This document shows, one piece after another, positions 40,116 through 48,922 of a stretch of DNA of 64,000 bases (position 1 is the stretch's first letter; the number at the start of each line of letters is the position of its first letter). Location: positions 1,984,001 to 2,048,000 of the forward strand of contig OZ245777.1 of NCBI GenBank assembly GCA_965227775.1, read 5' to 3'. The translations under genes were made by a program, and so were the position numbers. This stretch comes from Phycisphaerales bacterium. Lineage in GTDB: Bacteria > Planctomycetota > Phycisphaerae > Phycisphaerales > UBA1924. Below the pieces are notes generated by a model, which had not been told where the DNA came from, did not search any database, and was given only the letters and a program-made list of their open reading frames with translations.

Positions 40116-40248
40116 GGGCGACCGTACGCCGTTGGCGTGCATCGCCGCGGAGCACCGGCCAATCCGTTGGTCAGCCGGCGCTTCCTGGTGTAATCTGGAG
40201 GGGGTCGGCGGGCGATCCGCCGGCAAGCGGGCTAGCCAGGAGGATGCC

Positions 40249-40878
40249 ATGACGAGCAGGATCCAGTCCACGAAGCGCCAGGGCCGCGCGGCAGCGGCCG
40301 TTGCGACGCTGCTGGCCGTCGCCACTTTCGCCCACGCACAGACCGCGCGCAACGGCGTGAACATCGTCGTGGAAGACACGACGCTCGAGCTGGGCCAGTC
40401 GACGACGATCCGGCTCGAGGCGTACTTCGATCCCGACCTCTACGCCATGGCCAGCATCAACACGTCGCTGTTCTCCAGCGAGGGGCTCGCGGGCCTGACC
40501 GACTGGCGGCTGGTGGCGCCCATGGACGGCGCGGGCACGAGCGTTGGAAGGCCGGGCGCCGACGGCGTGGACGGCATCCTTGCCGCGCAACTGCACTTTC
40601 CCCCGGCTGGCATCCTCGGCGAGCCCTCCAACCCGATCTCGTTCTGGGAGGCGACGTACACCGCGCCCCTGGCCGGGGCCGAGCCGCTGTTCATCGATCT
40701 CTCGACCGACACGACGCGGTTCGATGTCTACCTGCGGGCGGACGACGCCACATCGGAGTCCAGGCTCGGCGACTTCGCGGAGGGCGCGGCGCGGATCACC
40801 ATCGTCCCAGCGCCCGCCGGGGCGCTCGTGCTCGCGCCCGCCGCGCTCGCGTTGTCCGTTTCGCGTCGCCGCCGCTAG
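40249..40878 (+). CDS. Exported protein with PEP-CTERM-like sorting signal
   Basis: GGAGG RBS, signal peptide (FAHA-QT), C-terminal IVPAPAGALVLAPAALALSVSRRRR. Confidence 0.8.
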   Translation: MTSRIQSTKRQGRAAAAVATLLAVATFAHAQTARNGVNIVVEDTTLELGQSTTIRLEAYFDPDLYAMASINTSLFSSEGLAGLTDWRLVAPMDGAGTSVGRPGADGVDGILAAQLHFPPAGILGEPSNPISFWEATYTAPLAGAEPLFIDLSTDTTRFDVYLRADDATSESRLGDFAEGAARITIVPAPAGALVLAPAALALSVSRRRR

Positions 40879-40917
40879 CCATCCACGGATCGTTTTCGAA
40901 GCTCGCTACCGTTCTCC

Positions 40918-41616
40918 ATGCGTCGCCGCGATTCGAAGATGCCGCGCCATCCACGTGTGATCACGTGGCGGCTCGTTGTTGTGTCGTTGGTGGTTGGCGT
41001 TGTGCTGGCGGTGGGGAGCGTGCCGGGGACGTTGATCGCCGATTATCTCATCGGCCCTCCGCCGCCCATGTCGCGAAGCCCCGAGCCACTGATCTTTGAC
41101 GGCGAGATGTATCGGGTGCACGACCGAAGGACACCAACTTCGACATTCATGTTTGTGGTCATGGAGGACTACGGGCTCGCGGATGCCGAGATCGCGCAGC
41201 TCATTGAAGACGGCGTGCGCGTGGGCGAGGCGGACCCCCGACCCCGGGGCATTCGAGCGTTGATGGACACGCATGGTGGGACCGCGTTTCGCCTCAGCAG
41301 GGGGTGGCCGCTCCGGTCGGCCTACTGCCTGGACTGGTTTGCCAGCAAGGACAACCAATCACTCACGAGGGGTGCCTGGAACCTGAGTATGTCTGGGCGG
41401 GACTGGAAGATCCCGTTTTTGCCCCTTTGGCCCGGCCTGCTCGGCAATGCGATGCTGTACACCCTCGTCGTGCTGGTATCGCGTGTGTTGCTGCGGTGGT
41501 ACACGCTCCGACGCCGTGCGCGGCGTGGCCTATGCCAGGCGTGCGCGTACGAGTTGGGAGAGGGCGTGACCGCGTGCCCAGAGTGCGGGCTCGCCAGGCT
41601 CGGGATGCGGGCATGA
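40918..41616 (+). CDS. Intact family member: TM, variable domain, TM, Arg run, zinc ribbon
   Basis: RVITWRLVVVSLVVGVVLAVGSVP; GWPLR; PFLPLWPGLLGN; RRRARRGLCQACAYELGEGVTACPECG. Confidence 0.85.
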   Translation: MRRRDSKMPRHPRVITWRLVVVSLVVGVVLAVGSVPGTLIADYLIGPPPPMSRSPEPLIFDGEMYRVHDRRTPTSTFMFVVMEDYGLADAEIAQLIEDGVRVGEADPRPRGIRALMDTHGGTAFRLSRGWPLRSAYCLDWFASKDNQSLTRGAWNLSMSGRDWKIPFLPLWPGLLGNAMLYTLVVLVSRVLLRWYTLRRRARRGLCQACAYELGEGVTACPECGLARLGMRA

Positions 41617-42242
41617 CGTCCGCTAACTCGTGGCCGCCCGGCCTGCTCGCATTGGCAGACGCGGCCGATCTAGATGCCGCGGCGCGGATCGCCATCGGTC
41701 GTGTGGGCAACACGATCCAACGCGTTCGATTGCGCGATGGCCGATGGGGCGTACTCAAGCGCGGCGGTGGAGCGCTCGGCGGCGAGAATGCCAGGAGCGA
41801 AGTGCTGGCCGAGGCCGAGCGCCTCGCGTGGCTCGTGGACCGAGCCGGGGCGCCGACGCTCCTGTGGGCAGGTGTGATTGGTGACCAGGAGGTGTCGATG
41901 GCCACGCATCTATCTGGCCGGCCTGCGCACGAATTCACAGGTGATCCGCGCAAAGCCATCACCCTAGCCGCGAGCGTTCTGCGAGCGATCCATGCACTCC
42001 CGATTGAAGGTTGCCCCTTCGGCGATCGAAGCGACTCGACCGATGTCGTGATCCACGGTGACTACGCGCTGCCGAATGTGATCGTTGATCGAGACGCCGT
42101 CGGCATTGTCGATTGGTCGCTCATGCGCATCGGCGATCCTCGCGAGGACATCGACGATGCCGAACGGAGCATCCGGCGAAACTTTGGTGAGCGGTGGGAA
42201 GGCCTATTCAGCGAGACATACACCGCGGCGGCCCCGATCTAG
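41613..42242 (+). CDS. Aminoglycoside phosphotransferase (APH(3'))-like kinase, shortened
   Basis: VLK, EAERLAWL, LRAIHALPIEGCPF, Brenner motif HGDYALPNVIV, IVDW; ATGA overlap with upstream gene. Confidence 0.75.
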   Translation: MTSANSWPPGLLALADAADLDAAARIAIGRVGNTIQRVRLRDGRWGVLKRGGGALGGENARSEVLAEAERLAWLVDRAGAPTLLWAGVIGDQEVSMATHLSGRPAHEFTGDPRKAITLAASVLRAIHALPIEGCPFGDRSDSTDVVIHGDYALPNVIVDRDAVGIVDWSLMRIGDPREDIDDAERSIRRNFGERWEGLFSETYTAAAPI

Positions 42243-42715
42243 CGGGCAGGCCGGCGGCACGCGTCGCGCACGTCCTTTCGCCCGAGCACGAAGAATCCCC
42301 ACACGAAAAACGCGGTGAGCCCCAGCATCCACGCCGTCAGGAACACGATCATGCTGATCATGAGGCCGCCGGACACTGGCTGGCCCTGGCCGCCACTTCC
42401 AAGCAAGCCAATGGCCGTGGCTACCAGGCCTGCCATCATCATGACGCCAAAAAGGCCGTGCGCGATCCGCGAGAGGACGCGCGCCAGGCTTGAGCGTAGC
42501 AGCACCCCGACGCCCAGCGGGATGAATGACATAAAGAACACCGACGACAGGACTGTCTCAAGATCCGGCGAGTCAAAGATGACCAGCAGCATCATCGCAC
42601 CGATCACCACGTCGATCGTCGCGATTGTCTTCGCCGTCACTGGCAGGCTTCGGGCGCGCGGGTCAGGAATCTCACGAGGCTCTATCGGAGGGGCAGTAGG
42701 GGGCGGAGCATCCAT
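42239..42715 (-). CDS. Membrane protein (4 TM)
   Basis: Hydrophobic ORF with GGAGG RBS, directly downstream of E2. Confidence 0.7.
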   Translation of the reverse strand: MDAPPPTAPPIEPREIPDPRARSLPVTAKTIATIDVVIGAMMLLVIFDSPDLETVLSSVFFMSFIPLGVGVLLRSSLARVLSRIAHGLFGVMMMAGLVATAIGLLGSGGQGQPVSGGLMISMIVFLTAWMLGLTAFFVWGFFVLGRKDVRDACRRPAR

Positions 42716-42742
42716 GGATGATCAGACCTCCACCCTTCGGCG

Positions 42743-44302
42743 CTAGCCGATCGAGCCAGGTTCCTGCAGCAGCTTGACGATCTCGGCCAGGCACAGCGCC
42801 GCCGTTGCACCGTCGACGACGCGGTGGTCGCAGGCCAGACTCAAGGGCATCTTCTTGCCGACGACCGCCTGGCCGTCGCGAACCACGACCGCGTCGTAGA
42901 CCTTGCCCACCGCGAGGATGCCAACCTCAGGCGCGTTGATCACCGGCGTGGCGAACATGCCTGCGTGGCTTCCGACATTGCTGATCGTGAAGGTACTGCC
43001 CGACAGGTCCTCGCGAGCGGCCGAGCGGGTGCGCGCGCCGTTGGCGGCGTTGGCGATCGCGTCGCTCATGCTCGCGACGTCGAGAGCGTCGGCGTTCTTG
43101 ATGACCGGCACCATGAGGCCAGCGTCGGTGTCGGTGGCGATGCCGAGGTGCACGCCGTGGTGCTCGACGATTTCCTGGCTATCGCCGCTGCCTTCAACAC
43201 GCGCATTGAGCGCGCCGAAGCGACCACCTGCACGCGGCGCGATGGCCTTGCACACCGCGGCCGCGACAAACGGAAGGAAGCTGAGCTTGGTGCCAGCCTC
43301 GGCGAACTGGCGGCGCAGCGCGTCCAGGTCGGTCACGTCCGCCTCATCCATCACGGTGAAGTGCACGGCGGTGTCCACGCTCTCGCGCAGCTTGCTGGCG
43401 ATGGTGCGGCGCACGCCGCGGAATGCGGTGCTCGCGTTGCCCGAGCCAGCCTTGGACTGCTGGGCGGGATCGGGAATCGGCCGCACACTCGCGGGCACGT
43501 AGCCCGGCGCCATCGGCACACCGCCGCCGCCCATCATGCCGGGCATGCCCCAGGGCATCATCATCGGCACGGGCATCATCATCATGGGCATGCCAATCGG
43601 CATCCCCATCTGCTGCTGCGGCATGCCGTAACCCATTTGCGGCTGTGGCTGGTACTGCGGTTGCTGTTGGTACTGCTGCTGCGGCTGGGCCTGCGGGCGC
43701 GGCATGGGCTTGCGCGTCGTGCCAGCGGCGGCATTCGCGCTGGGCGCGGGCGCAGACTTCTGCGTTGCCCCGCCTGAGTCGGCGAAGGCCTTCAGGTCCT
43801 TCTCGAGTACGCGGCCGCCGATGCCCGAACCCGGGACCGCGTTGATGTCGATGCCCATTTCGCGAGCCTTGCGACGCACGGCGGGGGTGGCCAGGGCCTT
43901 GCCCTCTTGCCGTGTGAGGCCGGGCGTATCGGCGCTCATCTTGCCGACGACGGTGCCATCGTCCTCGCGCTTCGCGGGAGCCGCCGTCGCCGCGCCGTTG
44001 TCTGCCTTGGGCTTTGACGCGCTCTTGGCGGGCGCGGCGCTGCCGGCGCCCTCGTAGCTCACAAAGGGCTCGCCGACCTTCATCACGTCGCCGTCCTTGC
44101 CGTGCAGGGTCTTGATCGTGCCCGCTCGCGGCGAGGGGATCTCGGTCAACGCCTTGTCGGTCTCGACTTCGGCGAGGGACTGCTGCTCCTCGACGGTGTC
44201 GCCCTCCTTGACGAGCCACTTGATGACCTCGGCCTCTTGCAGGCCCTCACCGATGTCCGGGAGGAGGAAGATGTTGGGATCGCTGGAAACTTTGCCGGCC
44301 AT
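42743..44302 (-). CDS. pdhC: 2-oxoacid dehydrogenase E2 (dihydrolipoamide acyltransferase), single lipoyl domain
   Basis: LPDIGEGL..VETDKA (lipoyl Lys), ATPAVRRKARE..GSGIGGRV (E3-binding), STFTISNVG, DHRVVDGA. Confidence 0.93.
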   Translation of the reverse strand: MAGKVSSDPNIFLLPDIGEGLQEAEVIKWLVKEGDTVEEQQSLAEVETDKALTEIPSPRAGTIKTLHGKDGDVMKVGEPFVSYEGAGSAAPAKSASKPKADNGAATAAPAKREDDGTVVGKMSADTPGLTRQEGKALATPAVRRKAREMGIDINAVPGSGIGGRVLEKDLKAFADSGGATQKSAPAPSANAAAGTTRKPMPRPQAQPQQQYQQQPQYQPQPQMGYGMPQQQMGMPIGMPMMMMPVPMMMPWGMPGMMGGGGVPMAPGYVPASVRPIPDPAQQSKAGSGNASTAFRGVRRTIASKLRESVDTAVHFTVMDEADVTDLDALRRQFAEAGTKLSFLPFVAAAVCKAIAPRAGGRFGALNARVEGSGDSQEIVEHHGVHLGIATDTDAGLMVPVIKNADALDVASMSDAIANAANGARTRSAAREDLSGSTFTISNVGSHAGMFATPVINAPEVGILAVGKVYDAVVVRDGQAVVGKKMPLSLACDHRVVDGATAALCLAEIVKLLQEPGSIG

Positions 44303-44352
44303 GGGAATCCTCTGTGGGCTCGTGGCGATGGGCGGAGGTCGCTGGGCTGGAA

Positions 44353-45327
44353 CTAGTAGGCGAGCACCTGCTCGATGGCTTCCTTAATGCGGGGCGCCTC
44401 GGGCAGGTAGTGGTTCTCGAGCTTGTAATACGGCATGACGGTGTCGAAGCCGGTGACGCGCTGCACGGGTGCCTCCAAGTGAAGAAAGCACTTCTCTTGC
44501 AGGATGGTTGCGATCTCGGCGCCCATGCCGGCTGTGCGCGGGGCCTCATGAGCGATGACGCAGCGGCCGGTCTTCATGACGCTCTCGACGATCGTGTCCT
44601 CGTCCATCGGGTAGATGGTGCGCATGTCGATGAGCTCAACGCTGACATCCTCGGGTAACTCGTCGAGGGCCGCGAGCGCCTGGAACACTGTCGCGCCCCA
44701 GGTGATGACGGTGACGTCCTCGCCTTCGCTGACAACCTTGGCCTTACCGATCTCGACGATGTAGTCGTCTTCGGGGACCTGTTCCTTGTAGCTGCGGTAC
44801 ACGCGCTTGGGCTCGAAGAACATCACCGGATCGGGATCGCGGATCGATGCCAGCAGCAGGCCCTTCGCGTCGTACGGCGTGCTGGGCATGACGACCTTCA
44901 GGCCAACGTGGTGGCTGTAGATCGCCTCGGGGCTGTCGCTGTGCAACTCGGGCGCGTGGATGCCGCCGCCGACGGGGACGCGCACTGTCAGCGGAACCGT
45001 GACGGCTCCACGCGTACGCGTGCGCATACGCCCGGCGTGGTGCACGATCTGGTCATAGGCCGGCCCGAGGAAGCCCTCGAACTGGATCTCGGGAACCGGT
45101 CGCATTCCGTTGATGGCCAGGCCGATGGACGTGCCCAGGATTCCCGACTCGGCGAGCGGCGTATCGACGACGCGGTCTTCGCCGAAGCGCTTCTGCAGGC
45201 CGTCGGTCACTCGGAACACGCCGCCGTTGAGGCCGACGTCTTCGCCCAAGACCATGACGCGATCGTCGCGCTCCATCTCTTGGGCAAGGGCGAGGTTGAT
45301 GGCCTGGACGAGGTTGAGTTCAGCCAT
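44353..45327 (-). CDS. pdhB: 2-oxoacid (pyruvate or branched-chain) dehydrogenase E1 beta
   Basis: GEDVGLNGGVFRVT, DTPLAESGI, EIQF, GGGIHAPELHS, FFEPK. Confidence 0.95.
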   Translation of the reverse strand: MAELNLVQAINLALAQEMERDDRVMVLGEDVGLNGGVFRVTDGLQKRFGEDRVVDTPLAESGILGTSIGLAINGMRPVPEIQFEGFLGPAYDQIVHHAGRMRTRTRGAVTVPLTVRVPVGGGIHAPELHSDSPEAIYSHHVGLKVVMPSTPYDAKGLLLASIRDPDPVMFFEPKRVYRSYKEQVPEDDYIVEIGKAKVVSEGEDVTVITWGATVFQALAALDELPEDVSVELIDMRTIYPMDEDTIVESVMKTGRCVIAHEAPRTAGMGAEIATILQEKCFLHLEAPVQRVTGFDTVMPYYKLENHYLPEAPRIKEAIEQVLAY

Positions 45328-45354
45328 AGTTCAGTAGTCCTCTCGTAGTCCGTG

Positions 45355-46488
45355 TTAGTGCGCTGCCCGAGCGCCCAGACCGGCCTGCTCGGGATCCTGT
45401 CCAAGCGAGGTCGTCCGCATCGTGTCGCGCTGCACACGCAGGCTCTCTGGGAGTTCCTCGAACGTGTAGTCGAAGATGTCGCTGATGTCGGGCTTGGGCA
45501 TCTCTTCTGCGGTCTTCACGACCTCCTGCACGATCGCCTTTGCCTTTGCCTCGAGCGCCTCTTGCTGCTCGTCGCTCCACAGGTCCTTGTTCTCGAGGTA
45601 CTTCCGCAGGCGGATGAGTGGGTCCTTGGCCTTCCACGCGTCCAGGTCCTTGGGGTCGCGATAGCGTGACGCGTCGTCTGCGGTGGTGTGGTCGGCCAGG
45701 CGATACGTCACTGCTTCGATGAACGACGGCCCCTGGCCCTTGCGTGCGCGCTCGTGGGCCTCGCGCGTCACGGCGTACATCGCGAAGAGGTCGTTGCCAT
45801 CAACCTGGGTCGTCGGGATGCCGTACGCGAGGGCCTTCTGGGCGAACGTTTCCGACGCCGTCTGCTTCTCGCGAGGCACGCTGATGGCCCATGAGTTGTT
45901 CTGGCAGATGAAGATGCACGGAACTTTGAGCACGCCGGCGAAATTGGCCGCCTCGTGGAAGTCGCCTTCGCTCGTTGCACCGTCACCGAAGTAGGTCAGC
46001 GCGACGCTGTCCTCCTTGCGGATCTTGCTCGCCCAAGCAATGCCCGTGGCGTGCAGCATGTGCGTGCCGATGGGGACGCTCAACGGCGTGATCTTCACCC
46101 CCTCGGGGATCTTGCTTCCACGCTCGTCGCCCATCCAGTAGTTCAGCACGTAGTGCATGGGCAGGCCGTGCATGAAGAGCGCCGCGTTCTCGCGATAGGC
46201 CGAGACGAGCCAGTCCTGGCCCTTACGTGCGGCCAGGGCGCTGCCGATGGCCACGGCTTCCTGGCCCTTGTTCTGCGGGAACGTGCCCATGCGGCCCGAA
46301 CGCTGCAGCTTGAACGCCACCTCGTCGTACTGGCGGCAGATGGTCATGTGCTCGTACGACTGCTGGACCTGCTCGTCGCTGAGCAGGTTCTTGCCCTGCT
46401 CCTTGGCCAGCTTGGCGTCGAGCTTGCCGTTCTCATCGAGAATCTGCAGGTGCTCGATCTGCGTCTTGTAGGCGACCTTGCGTGGCAT
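45355..46488 (-). CDS. pdhA: 2-oxoacid (pyruvate or branched-chain) dehydrogenase E1 alpha
   Basis: LQRSGRMG, GQEA, ThDP motif GDGATSEGD..QNN, YRLADHTTADD; substrate specificity not resolved. Confidence 0.93.
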   Translation of the reverse strand: MPRKVAYKTQIEHLQILDENGKLDAKLAKEQGKNLLSDEQVQQSYEHMTICRQYDEVAFKLQRSGRMGTFPQNKGQEAVAIGSALAARKGQDWLVSAYRENAALFMHGLPMHYVLNYWMGDERGSKIPEGVKITPLSVPIGTHMLHATGIAWASKIRKEDSVALTYFGDGATSEGDFHEAANFAGVLKVPCIFICQNNSWAISVPREKQTASETFAQKALAYGIPTTQVDGNDLFAMYAVTREAHERARKGQGPSFIEAVTYRLADHTTADDASRYRDPKDLDAWKAKDPLIRLRKYLENKDLWSDEQQEALEAKAKAIVQEVVKTAEEMPKPDISDIFDYTFEELPESLRVQRDTMRTTSLGQDPEQAGLGARAAH

Positions 46489-46715
46489 GGGTCGGCTCCT
46501 GTCTGCGCGAGGCCAAAGGGCTCCGCGGGGTGGTCACTGCGGCAGGGAGCGCACGATAGCCGTCGGCCCCCAGGTGCACCGGGCCGGTGCGACGGACCAG
46601 TGGGGGTTGGCACGAGTCTGCGCCCGGCCGATGGCGATCGGGAGAGTCCCCGAAGGAACATGATAGGGGCCGCCGACCCGATCGGTAGGCGGCCCTCAAA
46701 ACGGAATCCGATGAA

Positions 46716-48707
46716 CTAGCTGGCCGCGCCCGCGTGGGCTTCCAGGCCGATCTTCTGTGCGGCGTTGTCGCCGGGGAACTGCTTGATGGCGTCTTGGTTG
46801 ACGCTGCGACCCTGGCCCTTCTGGTCGGTCGGCGTGCGTTCGGGGATGATGAACTTCTCCGCAGGCATCGTCGCGTTGTGTGCCAACGCGGCGTCGGCGG
46901 CCTTAAAGAGCGTGTCGTCCGCGTTCTCGTAGAGCTCGCGCCAGTTCGCCTGGATCCAGGTCTCGGCCAGATCGAAGAAGTGCATCGCCGCGGCCTTGTT
47001 GCGCTCCATCTCCGGGCCGCTCTGACCGTCACGGATGTCCTTGTCCAGCCGGCTGAGCGTGCAGCCGAAGGCGTGCAGGTAGATGGCGTTGAGCGCCAGA
47101 CGCGCCTGGGGCACCTGCCGGCTGACGAGCTCGGCGTCGTACCGCTTGGACGTGATCTTAAACTGGTGGCTGTGCTCGCGGATGAGCTTGGCCAGGCGGT
47201 CGGCCTGCGGCCGCAGGCTCGCGTGCACCTTGGTGATGCTCGGGGCCTTGGGGCGGATCCCGAAGAACACCTGCAGGCCCAGCGGCACGGCAGCCTTGAT
47301 GATCTTGGGCTGGATGATGTTGGGAACGATCCGAGACAAGTTCTGGCCGAAGCTCTCGTCCTTGTCCCAGTCAACCTTGAGCTTCACGCCCAGCATGGCC
47401 TCGCCCAGCTGCTTACCACCGTAGCCGAAGATGAACGACCACATCAGGTCGTTGGAGCCTTCCACAATGGTGTTGATGCGGCTGTCGCGGAAGATCCGCT
47501 CGACCTCGTTCTCGGTCATGTAGCTCTCGCCGCCCATGATCTGGACGGCGTCGTTCACGGCGCGCCAGCCCATCTCCGAGCAGAACACCTTGCAGATGGC
47601 CGTCTCGACCATGATGTCCTCGTCGTGGCGGTCGAGCATGCCGGTGGTCATGTAGAGCACCGAGTCCATGGCGTAGGTCAGCGCCGCCATGTGGGCGATG
47701 CGCTGCTTCACGAGATCCTTGTCGGCCAGCGGGGCCTTGAACTGGTATCGCGTCTGGCTCCAGCGGATGGCCTGGTCCATTGCACGCTTCGCGCCGCCGA
47801 GCATGCCAGCGCTCAGCGTGCATCGCCCGTAGTTCAGGCAGGTGAGCGCGACGTTCAGGCCGCGGCCTTCCTTGTGCATCAGGTTGGCCTTGGGGACCTT
47901 GACGTCCTTGAAGCGGATGCGGGCCTGCCAGGTGCCGCGGATGCCGCACTTACTGCGGTTCTTGGAGTAGATATCGATGCCCGGCATGTCCGGATGGCAG
48001 ACGAGGGCCGTCACCTTTTCCTTGCCGTCGATGTTCTGCTTGCACATGACGGTGAACAGGCCGGCGATGGCGCCCGACGTCGCCCACTTCTTCTCGCCGT
48101 TGAGGATGTAGTACTCGCCGTCCTCGGAGACCTCGCAGCGGGTCTCCTGGCCGCCGGCATCACAACCGACGTTGGGCTCGCTCAGGCAGAACGCGCTGAC
48201 CCACTCCTTGGCGAGCTTGGGCAGCCACTTGGCCTTCTGCTCCTCGGTGCCGAAGAGCATGACGGCCTTGCAGCCGATCGACTGGTGGGCGCTGACGAGC
48301 ACGGCGGTGCTGCCGCAGTACTTGCCGATGGTCTCGAGCACGCGGTTGTACGCGGTGATGCCCATGCCCAGGCCGCCGTACTCCTTGGGGATGGTCATGC
48401 CCAGGACACCCAGGTCGAAGAGGCGGTCGATCACCCAGCGGGGGATCTCCTGCTCCTGGTCGATCATGATGCTGGGGTGCTCGGTCCGCAGGTAGTGCTC
48501 GAGCTTCTCGACGAGCTCGTCGCACTCCTTCTTCGCGTCGGCCGACGGCTGCGGGTAGGGCAGCATGAGGTCCTCGCGGAAGCGACCCCAGAAGAGGTTC
48601 TTCGCGAAGCCCATCGACTCGGGCTCGGCGCCCAGCAACTCCTCGGCTTCCTCGAGCAGCTTGCGGTCGGCCTCGGAAACGCCCTTCATCTGCTTCAGGT
48701 CGGCCAT
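46716..48707 (-). CDS. Acyl-CoA dehydrogenase (VLCAD/ACAD9-like)
   Basis: AHQSIG, AFCLSEPNVGCDA, LNGEKKWAT, QIMGG, RDSRINTIVEG; AAAGGA before ATG 48707. Confidence 0.92.
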   Translation of the reverse strand: MADLKQMKGVSEADRKLLEEAEELLGAEPESMGFAKNLFWGRFREDLMLPYPQPSADAKKECDELVEKLEHYLRTEHPSIMIDQEQEIPRWVIDRLFDLGVLGMTIPKEYGGLGMGITAYNRVLETIGKYCGSTAVLVSAHQSIGCKAVMLFGTEEQKAKWLPKLAKEWVSAFCLSEPNVGCDAGGQETRCEVSEDGEYYILNGEKKWATSGAIAGLFTVMCKQNIDGKEKVTALVCHPDMPGIDIYSKNRSKCGIRGTWQARIRFKDVKVPKANLMHKEGRGLNVALTCLNYGRCTLSAGMLGGAKRAMDQAIRWSQTRYQFKAPLADKDLVKQRIAHMAALTYAMDSVLYMTTGMLDRHDEDIMVETAICKVFCSEMGWRAVNDAVQIMGGESYMTENEVERIFRDSRINTIVEGSNDLMWSFIFGYGGKQLGEAMLGVKLKVDWDKDESFGQNLSRIVPNIIQPKIIKAAVPLGLQVFFGIRPKAPSITKVHASLRPQADRLAKLIREHSHQFKITSKRYDAELVSRQVPQARLALNAIYLHAFGCTLSRLDKDIRDGQSGPEMERNKAAAMHFFDLAETWIQANWRELYENADDTLFKAADAALAHNATMPAEKFIIPERTPTDQKGQGRSVNQDAIKQFPGDNAAQKIGLEAHAGAAS

Positions 48708-48922
48708 GGGAACAGTTCCTTTCGTCGCGGCGCTGGGCAGGTCGCGGTGGGCGTCCGAACGGATGCCTCCGGGCATCGGGCCAACCGGACCCGACGCCTC
48801 TGCCCGCAGCGGTGCGTGCGTATCTGGAACCCATTATTGAAGGCAAATCGACCCCGGGCGAGCGTCCGTGATTTGGTTTCGGAAGGCCACCGTGCGGTGG
48901 GGGGAAGCACCCACGAACGGGC

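Noticed and set aside
36488..41616. Diversity-generating retroelement, integron or shufflon as the mechanism for the variable array
   Set aside because: No reverse transcriptase, integrase or invertase in the window; no TR/VR pair differing only at adenines; no attC-like palindromes; centres retain homologous anchors
41613..42242. Bona fide kanamycin-resistance gene
   Set aside because: Lacks the substrate-binding insert of APH(3') enzymes; no mobile context
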